From contig DATIEM010000135.1 in assembly GCA_035455725.1 (NCBI GenBank), forward strand, positions 1,764 through 65,763: a stretch of DNA of 64,000 nucleotides, given 5' to 3'. Below are positions 36,902 through 46,138 of this stretch, in pieces (position 1 is the stretch's first letter; each line of letters begins with the position of its first letter). The notes beneath the pieces were generated by a model, which did no database searches, had not been told where the DNA came from, and saw nothing but the letters and a program-made list of their open reading frames with translations. The position numbers and the translations under genes are program-made. Source of the stretch: Rhizomicrobium sp. (lineage in GTDB: Bacteria > Pseudomonadota > Alphaproteobacteria > Micropepsales > Micropepsaceae).

Positions 36902-37516
36902 GTGGCGGACGAGCAGAAAACGAACGGGCCTGTGGTGATCAAGAAGTACGCCAACCGGCGGCTCTACAACACCCAGACGTCCAGCTATGTCACGCTGGAC
37001 CATCTCTGCGAGATGGTGAAGGACGGCATCGATTTCGAGGTGCGGGACGCCCGAACCGGCGAGGACATCACCCGCTCGGTGCTCACCCAGATCATCTTCG
37101 AGGAAGAGAACAAGGGGCAAAATCTGCTGCCCATCCGCTTCTTGCGTCATCTCATCGGCATGTACGGCAACAGCCTGCAGGGACTGGTGCCTGGTTATCT
37201 CGATATGAGCATGGAGAGTTTTGCAAAAAATCAGGAGCAGATGCGCGATCGCATGGCCCAGGCGATCGGCGGCGGCACGCAATTGTTCGAAAACATGGCC
37301 CGGCAGAACATCGCCATGTTCGAGCGCACCATGAAAATGTTCTCGCCGTTTGCGCCAGCGGGCCGGCCGAGTTCTTCCGAACCTGAGCCTTCGGCCGGCA
37401 ACGGGGCCGTTTCGGAACCGCGACAGAAACGTGGCACGGACGAGCTTAGCGACCTGAAGGATCAGGTTGAAGCCATGCGCAAGGAGCTTGCAGAGCTTGC
37501 GCGGGAGCGCAAATAG
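36902..37516 (+). CDS. phaR: Polyhydroxyalkanoate synthesis repressor
   Basis: VIKKYANRRLYNTQTSSYVTL, GEDITRSVLTQIIFEEE, NLLPIRFLRHLI; GTG 36902. Confidence 0.93.
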   Translation: MADEQKTNGPVVIKKYANRRLYNTQTSSYVTLDHLCEMVKDGIDFEVRDARTGEDITRSVLTQIIFEEENKGQNLLPIRFLRHLIGMYGNSLQGLVPGYLDMSMESFAKNQEQMRDRMAQAIGGGTQLFENMARQNIAMFERTMKMFSPFAPAGRPSSSEPEPSAGNGAVSEPRQKRGTDELSDLKDQVEAMRKELAELARERK

Positions 37517-39274
37517 TCAGGCTCTGAGCCAGTTGGGCTGGAGCTGCGGCTCGCCCAGATAGAAGCCCTGAAAGTAATCGACACCGAACCTCTGCAGCAG
37601 TTCTGCGTCTTCTTCCGATCCGACCCATTCCGCGACCGTTTCCAGTTTGAAATTCCTGGCGAGATCCACGAGCGTGCGGACGAAGATCTGGTTATCCGGC
37701 GACGCTGAGAGGCCGCGGATATAGGTGCCGTCGATTTTCACCATGTCCACCTTCAGCATCTGAAGATTGCGGAAGGAGGTATAGCCGGCCCCGAAATCGT
37801 CGATCGCCACCCGGCAACCCAGCTCGCGAAGATTCGAAATGAACCGGGCGCTCTCCTCGAAATCGTGCAGGGCTGCCGTTTCGGTCAGCTCTACGATCAT
37901 GCGATTTGCGACGCTTTCGTTGGCACGGACGTAACTTACGAACGATTGCAGCCAGGTGGGATCGCCCGCCGTCGTCCCGGAGACATTGACCGCAAGGCCG
38001 ATCTTCGGGTGGGCGTGCAGTTTCTCGATCGTCAGCTCCAGTGCGTGCCGGTCCACCAGCCGAACCAGTCCCAACTGCTCGGCGGCCGGAATGAAGTGGC
38101 CCGCGCTGACCACTGCGCCATCTCCGCGGATCATGCGAAGCAGGCACTCATGGTGCACGGGTTTGCGGGTCTTGGCGCACACAATCGGCTGGTATGCGAA
38201 AACAAGGCGCTTATCACGGAGCGCCGAGGCGACCTCGTCGGCAATGGCCATCAGGCGACGGCGGGCGGTTTCTCGTTGTGCGGAATTCGAATACATCGCG
38301 AAGCCGTCGCGGCCGCGCGCGCGTGCGCGATCAAGCGCTTCCTCAGCGCGCAGCATCGCCTCCTGGCTGGAAGCTGCATTGGCGGGCAAGCACACCGCGC
38401 CAACACTGATGGTGGAAGAAACGACGCCGGCGCGCGTGTTGATGACTTCCTTGCTGATCGCGCTCCGAAGCCGCTCGGCAACGGCAACAGCATCCCGCTC
38501 ATTGCAGTTGCGGACGATTACGCCGAACTTGTTGCCGGCAATGCGGCCAATGACGTCGGTGCCCCGGAGTATGCCACCGAGCCGCTCACCGACGGTCACG
38601 ATGGCTTCGTCGGCGGCGCCAAATCCGTATGCATCGTTGATCGCCGCGAGCCGGTCGATCGAGGCGACGAGAAAGGCGCAACTGCGGTTTTCGGCCCGCG
38701 CCGCCTCGATTGCGTCGGCGAGTTGCGCACGCAAGCTTGTGCGGTTGAGGTGACCTGTGAGCTCGTCGCGTGTTGCCAGATAATGCAGCCGCTGGGCATC
38801 CCGAACGCGATCGGTGATGACATGCAGCAATCCAACCAAGCGTTCCGTTTTTCCGTCTGCGCCCGCTATTCGCGCCCCACGCATTTCATACCATTCCGGT
38901 CCGAGTGCCGAGGCTGCCTCGAATTCGAAGCTGAATGCGGAGTCGCTTGCATCGACATCTTCTATGATCGCTTGCAGCGCGGCGCTTCCAGCTTCTCCCA
39001 TCCATGGCCGAAAATGTTCGCCCTCGCAAAGCCGCTCTGGATCGCGATGAACCGCGAGCAGATTTTGTGCTCCATCCCAAGCGATGCGATCGTCCGCCAT
39101 CGTCCAGTCGAACACCGCTTCGCGGGCCCCGGCGAGCGCGAGCTGCACGCGTCCGGTGCGATGCACAGTAGTGAGTTTCCGAAGACGTTCAGCGGGTCTC
39201 GTCTTGGCGACTGCTTCGTTCAGCACGTTCCGACTAGCCTCTTGCCGCCAATGTCCTGGCGAGCTTTTCTCCAT
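37517..39274 (-). CDS. PAS-GGDEF(degenerate)-EAL protein
   Basis: ATRDELTGHLNR, GRIAGNKFG in place of GGDEF, AYQPIV, ECLLRM, VNVS, VELTE, IDDFGAGYTS, VKIDG, VAEWV, QGFY. Confidence 0.88.
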   Translation of the reverse strand: MEKSSPGHWRQEASRNVLNEAVAKTRPAERLRKLTTVHRTGRVQLALAGAREAVFDWTMADDRIAWDGAQNLLAVHRDPERLCEGEHFRPWMGEAGSAALQAIIEDVDASDSAFSFEFEAASALGPEWYEMRGARIAGADGKTERLVGLLHVITDRVRDAQRLHYLATRDELTGHLNRTSLRAQLADAIEAARAENRSCAFLVASIDRLAAINDAYGFGAADEAIVTVGERLGGILRGTDVIGRIAGNKFGVIVRNCNERDAVAVAERLRSAISKEVINTRAGVVSSTISVGAVCLPANAASSQEAMLRAEEALDRARARGRDGFAMYSNSAQRETARRRLMAIADEVASALRDKRLVFAYQPIVCAKTRKPVHHECLLRMIRGDGAVVSAGHFIPAAEQLGLVRLVDRHALELTIEKLHAHPKIGLAVNVSGTTAGDPTWLQSFVSYVRANESVANRMIVELTETAALHDFEESARFISNLRELGCRVAIDDFGAGYTSFRNLQMLKVDMVKIDGTYIRGLSASPDNQIFVRTLVDLARNFKLETVAEWVGSEEDAELLQRFGVDYFQGFYLGEPQLQPNWLRA

Positions 39275-39368
39275 CCTCTGCGGAACTGATTAAAAACAAG
39301 AAAATTCGTTCAGACTTTCAGGTCGAAAGCCCAGATTTTCGGTGTTCCGAAACGGAACACGCCCGCGC

Positions 39369-40139
39369 TCACCGCATTGCCGAGAAGGTTGGCCGGTCGA
39401 TAAAGGCGGCGCCGATCACGCGACCATAGCCACCCTGCTGAAGCACCACCGCAATGCTTTCGCGAGGCGCGCCAGCTTCGGTGCGCGCCAGCGTCAGGTT
39501 CACCGGCTGTCCCTTCCAGTTGCCAACGGCCCGGATATGGCGAACGACATTGCGATAGGTGAGGGTGCGGCCGTCATTTTCGCCATTGTGGATGCTCACG
39601 CTTGCTTGCGGCAGGATCCCGAAAAGCCAGATGGTGGCAGCTCCAACGGGTTGCGGCGCCCCGCCCACAGCCACGCGGATTTGTTCGTGATTGGCGGCCA
39701 GACGGATCGGGACAGCCTGCACATCGGCTGCTTTGGCGGCAATTGCACCTTCCACGGATTGCTCGCGGCTGCCGATGATGTCGGTCATGCCATCCACAAT
39801 GATTTCCGGCGTGAATACGCCACCGCGGCCCAGCTGTTTCGCATACGCTTTTTGCCGCTGGGTGTTGGCCTCCGTCGCGAGGGTGTCGCGCCAGCCAAGC
39901 ATGTCCCAATAGGTGACCGGCAGACTCATCGCCAGGATGTTTTTGCGACTGGCCAACTGGCCGAGCAGGGCATCGGCAGGGGGGCAGGAGCTGCATCCCT
40001 GACTGGTGTAAAGTTCCACAACGACAGGGCGCCGCGGCTGCGTTTCCCCGCCGCTGGCGCTGGAAGTCAACAGGGTAAGGAGGCCAACGAACAAAAGGCC
40101 GGCTGCAGGGACGCGGCTTGCGGACATGTGCGCGACCAT
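39369..40139 (-). CDS. DUF1223 thioredoxin-like secreted protein
   Basis: VVELYTSQGCSSCPPAD, VTYWDMLGWRDT, GENDGRTLTYRNVVR; start uncertain. Confidence 0.85.
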   Translation of the reverse strand: MVAHMSASRVPAAGLLFVGLLTLLTSSASGGETQPRRPVVVELYTSQGCSSCPPADALLGQLASRKNILAMSLPVTYWDMLGWRDTLATEANTQRQKAYAKQLGRGGVFTPEIIVDGMTDIIGSREQSVEGAIAAKAADVQAVPIRLAANHEQIRVAVGGAPQPVGAATIWLFGILPQASVSIHNGENDGRTLTYRNVVRHIRAVGNWKGQPVNLTLARTEAGAPRESIAVVLQQGGYGRVIGAAFIDRPTFSAMR

Positions 40140-40294
40140 AGGACGGAGCGCATGGCCCCTGCCACTCACTTCCGCTTGACGGCCGGGCCGGGGGTCTAAA
40201 GGCAAAGCCGCCTTGCATTTCGGAGTAATTATCCCCCCTGTCCAGCGTGACCGGTCCAGGTTGCCTAGGATGCCGAGGCCTGCTTATTGACCTT

Positions 40295-41173
40295 ATGACA
40301 GAGCCTAGGCAGCCACTGAACCCGGTTCATGGATTGGTTGGCCTGCTCGACCTCGAGCAGATCGATCTGAACATCTTTCGCGGTTTCAGCCCCAAGGATC
40401 GCTCCGGCCGTGTTTTCGGCGGCCAAGTCCTTGCCCAAGCCTTGGTTGCGGCGAGCCGCACCGTAAAGGATCGCATCTGCCATTCCCTGCACGCCTATTT
40501 CCTTCTCCCTGGTGATCCCAAAATTCCAATTTTGTATGAGGTCGATCGCAGCCGGGACGGCCACAGCTTTACCTCTCGGCGAGTGGTTGCCATACAACAT
40601 GGGCGGCCCATTTTTCACATGTCCGCCTCGTTCCAGGTTGACGAGACAGGATTGGACCATCAAATCGCCGCGCCTGAGGTACCGCGTCCCGAGGAGCTTC
40701 CGCCGGAGGAAGAGATGCGCCAGAAGATGGTCAGCCGCATCCCCTCAGAATTCCGGGAGCATTTCCTCCGGCAGCGGCCCATCGAAATTCGTCCCGTCGA
40801 TCCAAAGGATCTTCTGGAGCCCAAAAAGCGTCCGCCGCACCAGGCGGTGTGGGTTCGCGCAATCGGGACGTTGCCGGACGATCTCTCGCTTCACCAATGC
40901 GTACTTGCCTACGCATCCGACATGACCCTGCTCGACACGGGTTTGATGCCGCATGGCATTAGTTGGCTTTCGGGACGGCTGCAGATCGCGAGCCTAGACC
41001 ATGCCATGTGGTTCCATCGGCGATTCCGAGTTGACGAATGGTTGCTCTATGTGCAGGACAGCCCCAGCGCCTCCGGTGCCCGCGGATTTAACCGTGGCCT
41101 GATTTACACGCGGGAGGGCATGCTCGTTGCGTCGGTCGCTCAGGAAGGTCTGATTCGCCTCCGCGTCACATAG
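40295..41173 (+). CDS. tesB: Acyl-CoA thioesterase II
   Basis: RVFGGQVLAQAL, HSLHAYFL, RDGHSFTSRRV, LAYASDMTLL, ASLDHAMWFHR, AQEGLIR. Confidence 0.93.
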   Translation: MTEPRQPLNPVHGLVGLLDLEQIDLNIFRGFSPKDRSGRVFGGQVLAQALVAASRTVKDRICHSLHAYFLLPGDPKIPILYEVDRSRDGHSFTSRRVVAIQHGRPIFHMSASFQVDETGLDHQIAAPEVPRPEELPPEEEMRQKMVSRIPSEFREHFLRQRPIEIRPVDPKDLLEPKKRPPHQAVWVRAIGTLPDDLSLHQCVLAYASDMTLLDTGLMPHGISWLSGRLQIASLDHAMWFHRRFRVDEWLLYVQDSPSASGARGFNRGLIYTREGMLVASVAQEGLIRLRVT

Positions 41174-41246
41174 TCAGGGCTGCAACTCAAACGTGGTTCT
41201 GGCGTCAGGGCGACGATTTTTTAACCGGGTACTGTGAAGATGGGGC

Positions 41247-41963
41247 ATGTCGATCTCCGATGCCCCAAAGGGCGCGTTTTCAACGCGGCTGCCGTTCCTG
41301 ACAAAAGGGACCAAAGCTTATGATCTTTTGGCCGCCGCGCCCGTGGCCTTCTGGTTTGGGGTGAATGGCGCCAGCGCGTTGCAAATGCTGGCGGAAAAGA
41401 CGGAACAGTTTCTCGTACACCCGACTACGACGGTTGGCCTGACCATCGTATCAAGAGCGGCAATTCTGCTCTTTGCCGTGGCCGCAATCGGCATACTCCT
41501 GCTGCGGTCTCCGCCAACTGCCGGCGCCAGGGGAATTGGGCCGCGAATTGCCTCCATCCTTGGGACTTATGTCAGCGTGGCGATCGTTCTGTTCTTGCCG
41601 CAGGCGACGCTGCCGGATTTTGCTCTAGCGCTTTCCGCCCTTCTGATCTTGGGCGGCATGGGATTCTCGGTATATTCAATCTTGTTTCTCGGGCGCTCGT
41701 TCAGCCTTGTCCCAGAAGCACGTCAACTCGTCACAACCGGCCCTTACGCGCGCATTCGCCACCCGCTTTATGTTGGTGAGGAATTGGCCATTATCGGCGC
41801 AATGATCCAGTACATTTCTCCCCTCGCGGTGGGATTGCTCGCCCTCCAGATCGCCTGCCAGTTCTATCGCATGGAGTGCGAGGAAACTGTGCTGGAGGAT
41901 GCCTTTGCGGAATACGGCGCCTACAAGGCGCGGACCGCGCGCCTGATACCTGGCCTCTACTGA
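41247..41963 (+). CDS. Isoprenylcysteine carboxyl methyltransferase / PEMT family membrane protein
   Basis: LGRSFSLVPEARQLVTTGPYARIRHPLYVGE, EETVL, Y..Y..RT.RLIPGLY. Confidence 0.85.
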   Translation: MSISDAPKGAFSTRLPFLTKGTKAYDLLAAAPVAFWFGVNGASALQMLAEKTEQFLVHPTTTVGLTIVSRAAILLFAVAAIGILLLRSPPTAGARGIGPRIASILGTYVSVAIVLFLPQATLPDFALALSALLILGGMGFSVYSILFLGRSFSLVPEARQLVTTGPYARIRHPLYVGEELAIIGAMIQYISPLAVGLLALQIACQFYRMECEETVLEDAFAEYGAYKARTARLIPGLY

Positions 41964-42279
41964 GGCGGGTTACCGCCCAAAATCAGGGCGATTCATACCC
42001 TCGAATCTCTGCAATGCGAGCGAAGCCTCGCGATCCTCGCCGACGCCCTATTACGCAAACGGCCAGCTGCAGAGCGCTGATCACGACGCCTAGATCAACG
42101 CCAGATCGTCGACCGCCGCCCTATGAAACGCGGAAAATCCGAGGCTCCGAATAATCTTTGGATTACCTGCTGGCATGCATGCCCATTGCAGTGCCTTCGA
42201 CAGGTGTCGGGAAACGGCATCCGCTTCGGCAATCAGCTATGCTTGGAGTCCTTTGGCCGAGGCACGGCTGTGTTGAATT

Positions 42280-43431
42280 TCAGAGCGCCCCACCGGCCAG
42301 CAGTGGTTTTTCCTGGAAGCTCGCCTGATTACCCGCCCAGCCGCGAGTGACCTGACCGGCGAGCGTCCAGAACAGAAATCCGAGAGCAACGCCAGCCAGT
42401 CCGTCGGCGGAGTAGTGCCAGCCAAGCATGATCGACGAAAGGAGAATGATCCCCGCAAATATGGAGAATGCGATCCCCAGTCGGCGGTCGGTACGCCAGG
42501 CGAGCAATGCCATCAGCGTGGCGATCGTAACGTGCATGCTGGGCATGGCGGAGATACCTTGAATCTCGCCCTTTCCCGTGAGGTATGCCTGCCACAGCGC
42601 ATCTTGGGCGTCGACGGTCCACACGGGCCAGTGCCGGTTCGTTTCCCGCAAATACTGGAGGAGCGGCGCATAAGGATTGGGACCGCCCACAATATGATCG
42701 TAGAAGCACGGACCGGCCGATGAAAACAGCGCCGCCAGCACAAATCCTCCGAAGAACCAGGCGAACGCGTAGGACAACAGATACTGCAAGCGCGTGCTGT
42801 CATTGGTCGGGCGGGTAAGCTGCCAAAACAGGCAGACGAACATGACAGGAAACCACATCCCGTAAGCGAAGCTGAGGAAGGCGGTAATCGGAGGATGGCC
42901 AAGCGCCGGCTGAAGAACCTGCCACAACGGGCGTCCAAATCCCATCGTCGTGCCAAGGTTCATAAAGGTCGCGTCCCAGGAGAAGGGACGAATACGTGCA
43001 AGATCCGCTTTCAGGGCCGCAAACATCATCATCAGCGGTGTGAACGTGAGCAGCCCGTGAACGATGTTGCCGATCCGGTCGCCCGAGGTGGCGCTGTCGA
43101 GCAACCGCCGCAGCATCGCAATCAACGGCTTCTCTGGCTGGCCGTCGCGATACAGATGCCAAAGATGCTTCATGGCTACCGCGGCCGCCATTAGAAGGGC
43201 GAGCTTGCCGATGAGGTCTAGAAAGAACACCGCCGATCCGAGCGGGAAAGGCAGGCGGTACATCGCAACCAGCGCGGCCGTGACCGCGCCGAAGGAGAGT
43301 GTGCAGAGGTAAAGCGGAACGTGAGGAGCGAAGCTGCGGGTCACACTTGACCGGCAGGTTTGGTACAGGCGTCGCAGTTCTGTACCCGCGTGCGCGTGCA
43401 TCTGGTCTCTGCTCCGGAAGGTAACTGCCAA
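42280..43431 (-). CDS. PAP2 superfamily membrane phosphotransferase (Aur1/Ipt1-like)
   Basis: Multiple TM segments, SAGPC, ISAMPSMHV and GWHYSADG motifs. Confidence 0.78.
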   Translation of the reverse strand: MAVTFRSRDQMHAHAGTELRRLYQTCRSSVTRSFAPHVPLYLCTLSFGAVTAALVAMYRLPFPLGSAVFFLDLIGKLALLMAAAVAMKHLWHLYRDGQPEKPLIAMLRRLLDSATSGDRIGNIVHGLLTFTPLMMMFAALKADLARIRPFSWDATFMNLGTTMGFGRPLWQVLQPALGHPPITAFLSFAYGMWFPVMFVCLFWQLTRPTNDSTRLQYLLSYAFAWFFGGFVLAALFSSAGPCFYDHIVGGPNPYAPLLQYLRETNRHWPVWTVDAQDALWQAYLTGKGEIQGISAMPSMHVTIATLMALLAWRTDRRLGIAFSIFAGIILLSSIMLGWHYSADGLAGVALGFLFWTLAGQVTRGWAGNQASFQEKPLLAGGAL

Positions 43432-43436
43432 ACTGC

Positions 43437-43985
43437 CTAACGACCTTCGCCTGCTGCCTTCACACCGGCTTCCTGGCGGGACAACATCTGGCCCATCCGG
43501 CTGTCGTAGGTCTCCTTGTCATCGCCTGGAGTTGGCGCGACCTCACAGCGCGCACTCGCGCAATTGTAGGTGGCCTGGGCCGTGCCGCGATGCACGATTA
43601 CCGTGCTTGCCACGTGTCCGAAGACGCTTATGTGTTCGTTGACGACCTGCTTTCCGTCCGTATCGAGCGCGACGATATTGGTGCCACCGAAGCCTTTGCC
43701 AAGGACGAAGGCATGCCGCGAGTCGATCATGCTCACATCGGCGATCATGGGATTTCCGACGTAAACGGTCGCGACCGGATGCGAGAATGCCACTACTCTC
43801 ACTTCGTCGAGCGGCACGGAGATCGCTGGCGGGGCGAATTTGTGAGCGACCTTCAGCTTGTGAACTGGTTTCACCTTAGCGAGCGCATGGACGGCCGCCT
43901 TGTGTTGCGGTTTGCCTGCCGCGAAGGCCGGCGCAGTTGCGGCGATGATCGCGGCAGCGAAGAGCGGAAAGGTGGCGCGGCGCAT
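43437..43985 (-). CDS. Pilus assembly protein resembling the secretin N-domain (CpaI-like)
   Basis: Signal peptide; ISVPLDEVRVV…ATVYVGNPMIADV…FVLGKGFGGTNIVALD; C-terminal YNCASARCE. Confidence 0.75.
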   Translation of the reverse strand: MRRATFPLFAAAIIAATAPAFAAGKPQHKAAVHALAKVKPVHKLKVAHKFAPPAISVPLDEVRVVAFSHPVATVYVGNPMIADVSMIDSRHAFVLGKGFGGTNIVALDTDGKQVVNEHISVFGHVASTVIVHRGTAQATYNCASARCEVAPTPGDDKETYDSRMGQMLSRQEAGVKAAGEGR

Positions 43986-44032
43986 GGATCGACCCTGATG
44001 GAATTACGGTGAACAAGGTAGATTGCACGGCG

Positions 44033-44047
44033 TAAAGGAAGGCTTAA
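44033..44047 (-). promoter_or_regulatory. CtrA-like box TTAA-N7-TTTA
   Basis: Minus strand ttaa gccttcc ttta(c), ~48 bp upstream of the 43985 ATG. Confidence 0.6.
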
Positions 44048-44384
44048 GCGAACTTTATTTCGGGGCGGTGCTCGCAACCAGTTCACCCCAGCTGCGCTTT
44101 GGTCGGCGACCCTGATGCTGCCGCCGTCACCTGCGCGGAATGCTGCTGTTGGGCGACTTGCCGCTTTCGATCCAACAGCCGCCAATTCGGGCCGCCCTTA
44201 CCGCAGTCTTTGCGATTGCCACGCTGCGTCCGTCCGACCTTTTTAGCCGAGAGAGATTCGACTGGCGCGGCGGCAACTGCCGATCATGGTAATTTTTTCG
44301 CAAATTCGAATACGGCGGCTTTGAGGCATCTGCCCTTTTTTGTGTCTGCGCGACACACAATGGGGGCTGGACGTGACCGCGCGC

Positions 44385-44399
44385 TTAAGGCGGCGTTAA
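44385..44399. promoter_or_regulatory. CtrA box TTAA-N7-TTAA
   Basis: ttaa ggcggcg ttaa, perfect consensus, 100 bp upstream of the pilin ATG; pilA is a known CtrA target in Caulobacter. Confidence 0.8.
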
Positions 44400-44499
44400 G
44401 TGCCGACGAGTAGGCTCCTCCTCGAATCCATGTTGAGGCCGTGTGATGAAAACCCGGTGCTCTTGTGGATGTCCTAGGGTGTCTAACAAGGAGGCTATT

Positions 44500-44667
44500 A
44501 TGAAGAACCTGGTTACCCGTTTCGTTCGGGACGAGTCCGGCGCGACGGCCATCGAATACGGCCTGATCGCTGCGCTTATCTCGGTTGTGATTATCGCCGT
44601 GCTTACCTCGATCGGCGGCAACCTGCAGACGAAGTTCGGTTCGGTGAACACTGGCTTGGCCAGCTAA
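44500..44667 (+). CDS. pilA: Flp (type IVc/Tad) pilin
   Basis: MKNLVTRFVRDESG/ATAIEYGLIAAL prepilin cleavage and Flp motif; AGGAGG RBS. Confidence 0.95.
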   Translation: MKNLVTRFVRDESGATAIEYGLIAALISVVIIAVLTSIGGNLQTKFGSVNTGLAS

Positions 44668-44697
44668 TACGCCGGACGGCGAGTGTATGCTCGTTGC

Positions 44698-44725
44698 AAC
44701 GGCCGCCGGGAAACCGGCGGCCGTT
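44698..44725 (+). terminator. 12 bp stem-loop with GAAA tetraloop after the pilin gene
   Basis: aacggccgccgg gaaa ccggcggccgtt; U-tail is weak, so attenuator/RNA stabiliser is as likely as a full terminator. Confidence 0.6.
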
Positions 44726-44747
44726 CGCATTTGTGGGGAGACCAAAA

Positions 44748-45254
44748 ATGCTCGGTTCCGTTCTGCTGTTCGGCCCTTTTGTGCTGTTGCTGTTGCTCGC
44801 TGCAGGCTGGGACCTGGCGAGCTTTACGATCCCGAACTTTATCCCGGCCGTTTTGCTCATTGCGTTCTTCGTCTTCGCGATCTCCGTCCGGATGCCGCCG
44901 GGTCTCGCCATGTCGCACGCGGCCGCGGGCGGACTGGGTCTCCTGGCCGGCTTCGCGCTGTTTGCGCTTGGCTACATCGGTGGAGGCGATGCAAAACTTT
45001 TCGCCTGCATTGCGGTCTGGTTCGGGCTGCACGACATGGCGGAGTACGTTTTGATCGCCTCGCTCTTCGGCGGCGGACTCACACTTATTTTGCTCGCAAT
45101 GCGGCGATATCCGCTTCCTGCGTTTGCCGCCGGACGTGAATGGATCGCGCGGTTGCACGCACCCGGCTCCGGGATCCCGTATGGCGTTGCCCTATCGGCT
45201 GGCGCCCTCGCAGTACTCCAGCACACGCAAATCTTCCAGACAGTCGCCGGCTAA
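44748..45254 (+). CDS. cpaA: Prepilin peptidase (A24)
   Basis: GWDLASFTIPN, IGGGDAKL, GIPYGVAL. Confidence 0.9.
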   Translation: MLGSVLLFGPFVLLLLLAAGWDLASFTIPNFIPAVLLIAFFVFAISVRMPPGLAMSHAAAGGLGLLAGFALFALGYIGGGDAKLFACIAVWFGLHDMAEYVLIASLFGGGLTLILLAMRRYPLPAFAAGREWIARLHAPGSGIPYGVALSAGALAVLQHTQIFQTVAG

Positions 45255-45273
45255 GCCCAAAAACGCGTCAGCG

Positions 45274-45288
45274 TTAAGGCTTTTCTAA
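45274..45288 (+). promoter_or_regulatory. CtrA-like box TTAA-N7-CTAA
   Basis: ttaa ggctttt ctaa, 43 bp upstream of the cpaB ATG. Confidence 0.6.
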
Positions 45289-45331
45289 ACGGTTGTGTGT
45301 TCGGATCGGGACACCAAGGAGCAACCATACC

Positions 45332-46132
45332 ATGAATCGCTCGCGCGTGATTGTCCTCAGCCTGGCGGCCCTCGCAGCCGGTGCCGCAGCCCTGCTTGCC
45401 CGCGGCTTTTTGGGAGGCGGCACGCAAAATGTGCACGCCCAGCCAGCTGCGATCGCAACGGTCGGCGTCCTCGTCGCCTCCAGCAACATCGAACCCGGCA
45501 AGCCAGTAAAGCCCGAGATGGTCAAATGGCAGAACTGGCCCAAGGCAAGCGTGGATTCCACGTTCCTGACGCAAGAGGGCAATCCACCCGCCGATCAGAT
45601 GGTGAAGGGCACAGTGGCCCGCGCGCCGATCCAGGCGGGCGAGCCGCTCACCAACACGAAAATCGTGCATTCGGATTCCGCAAGTTTCATGTCGGCCATG
45701 CTGACACCGGGAATGCGCGCAATTTCGATTCCGATCACGACGGAGTCGGGCGCCGGCGGCTTCATCCTGCCGAACGACCGGGTTGATGTTCTCCTCACCG
45801 CCCAGATTTCCGAACAGCCCAGACTCTTCGCATCGCGCACGTTGTTGCACGATGTGCGCGTGCTGGCAGTGGATCAAACTGCAACGCAGGACAAGGACCA
45901 GAAAACGGTTCTCGCGAAAACCGCCACGCTCGAGCTCTCGCCGCAGCAGGCCGAGATGGTCGATGCCGCCGCCGAGACCGGCAAGGTGTCGCTCGCGCTT
46001 CGCCCGCTCGGCGAAACCAGCAGAACCGATCTCGCAATGAACACCAAAACCAAGACGAACACAGGAGTGGTGTCGGTGATCCGCTACGGAATGCTGCATG
46101 GCGGAAACGTGACGACGGGCAAAGGGGAGTAG
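45332..46132 (+). CDS. cpaB: Flp pilus assembly protein
   Basis: SAF domain, LTPGMRAISI, GFILPNDRVDVLL, VRVLAVDQ, ATLEL. Confidence 0.92.
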   Translation: MNRSRVIVLSLAALAAGAAALLARGFLGGGTQNVHAQPAAIATVGVLVASSNIEPGKPVKPEMVKWQNWPKASVDSTFLTQEGNPPADQMVKGTVARAPIQAGEPLTNTKIVHSDSASFMSAMLTPGMRAISIPITTESGAGGFILPNDRVDVLLTAQISEQPRLFASRTLLHDVRVLAVDQTATQDKDQKTVLAKTATLELSPQQAEMVDAAAETGKVSLALRPLGETSRTDLAMNTKTKTNTGVVSVIRYGMLHGGNVTTGKGE

Positions 46133-46138
46133 GCGCAC

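Noticed and set aside
37865-39289. 474-aa plus-strand ORF
   Set aside because: Antisense shadow of the GGDEF-EAL gene.
39279-39360. TTAA half-site and gtgttccg-aaa-cggaacac hairpin
   Set aside because: Second CtrA half-site has two or more mismatches; hairpin lacks a U-tract on either strand.
41214-41235. TTAACC half-site upstream of the ICMT-family gene
   Set aside because: No partner half-site at 7 bp spacing.
44048-44384. Possible small ORFs or sRNA upstream of pilA (e.g. 44127-44360 minus)
   Set aside because: No RBS, family motif or pilin signature; best explained as a divergent promoter region.
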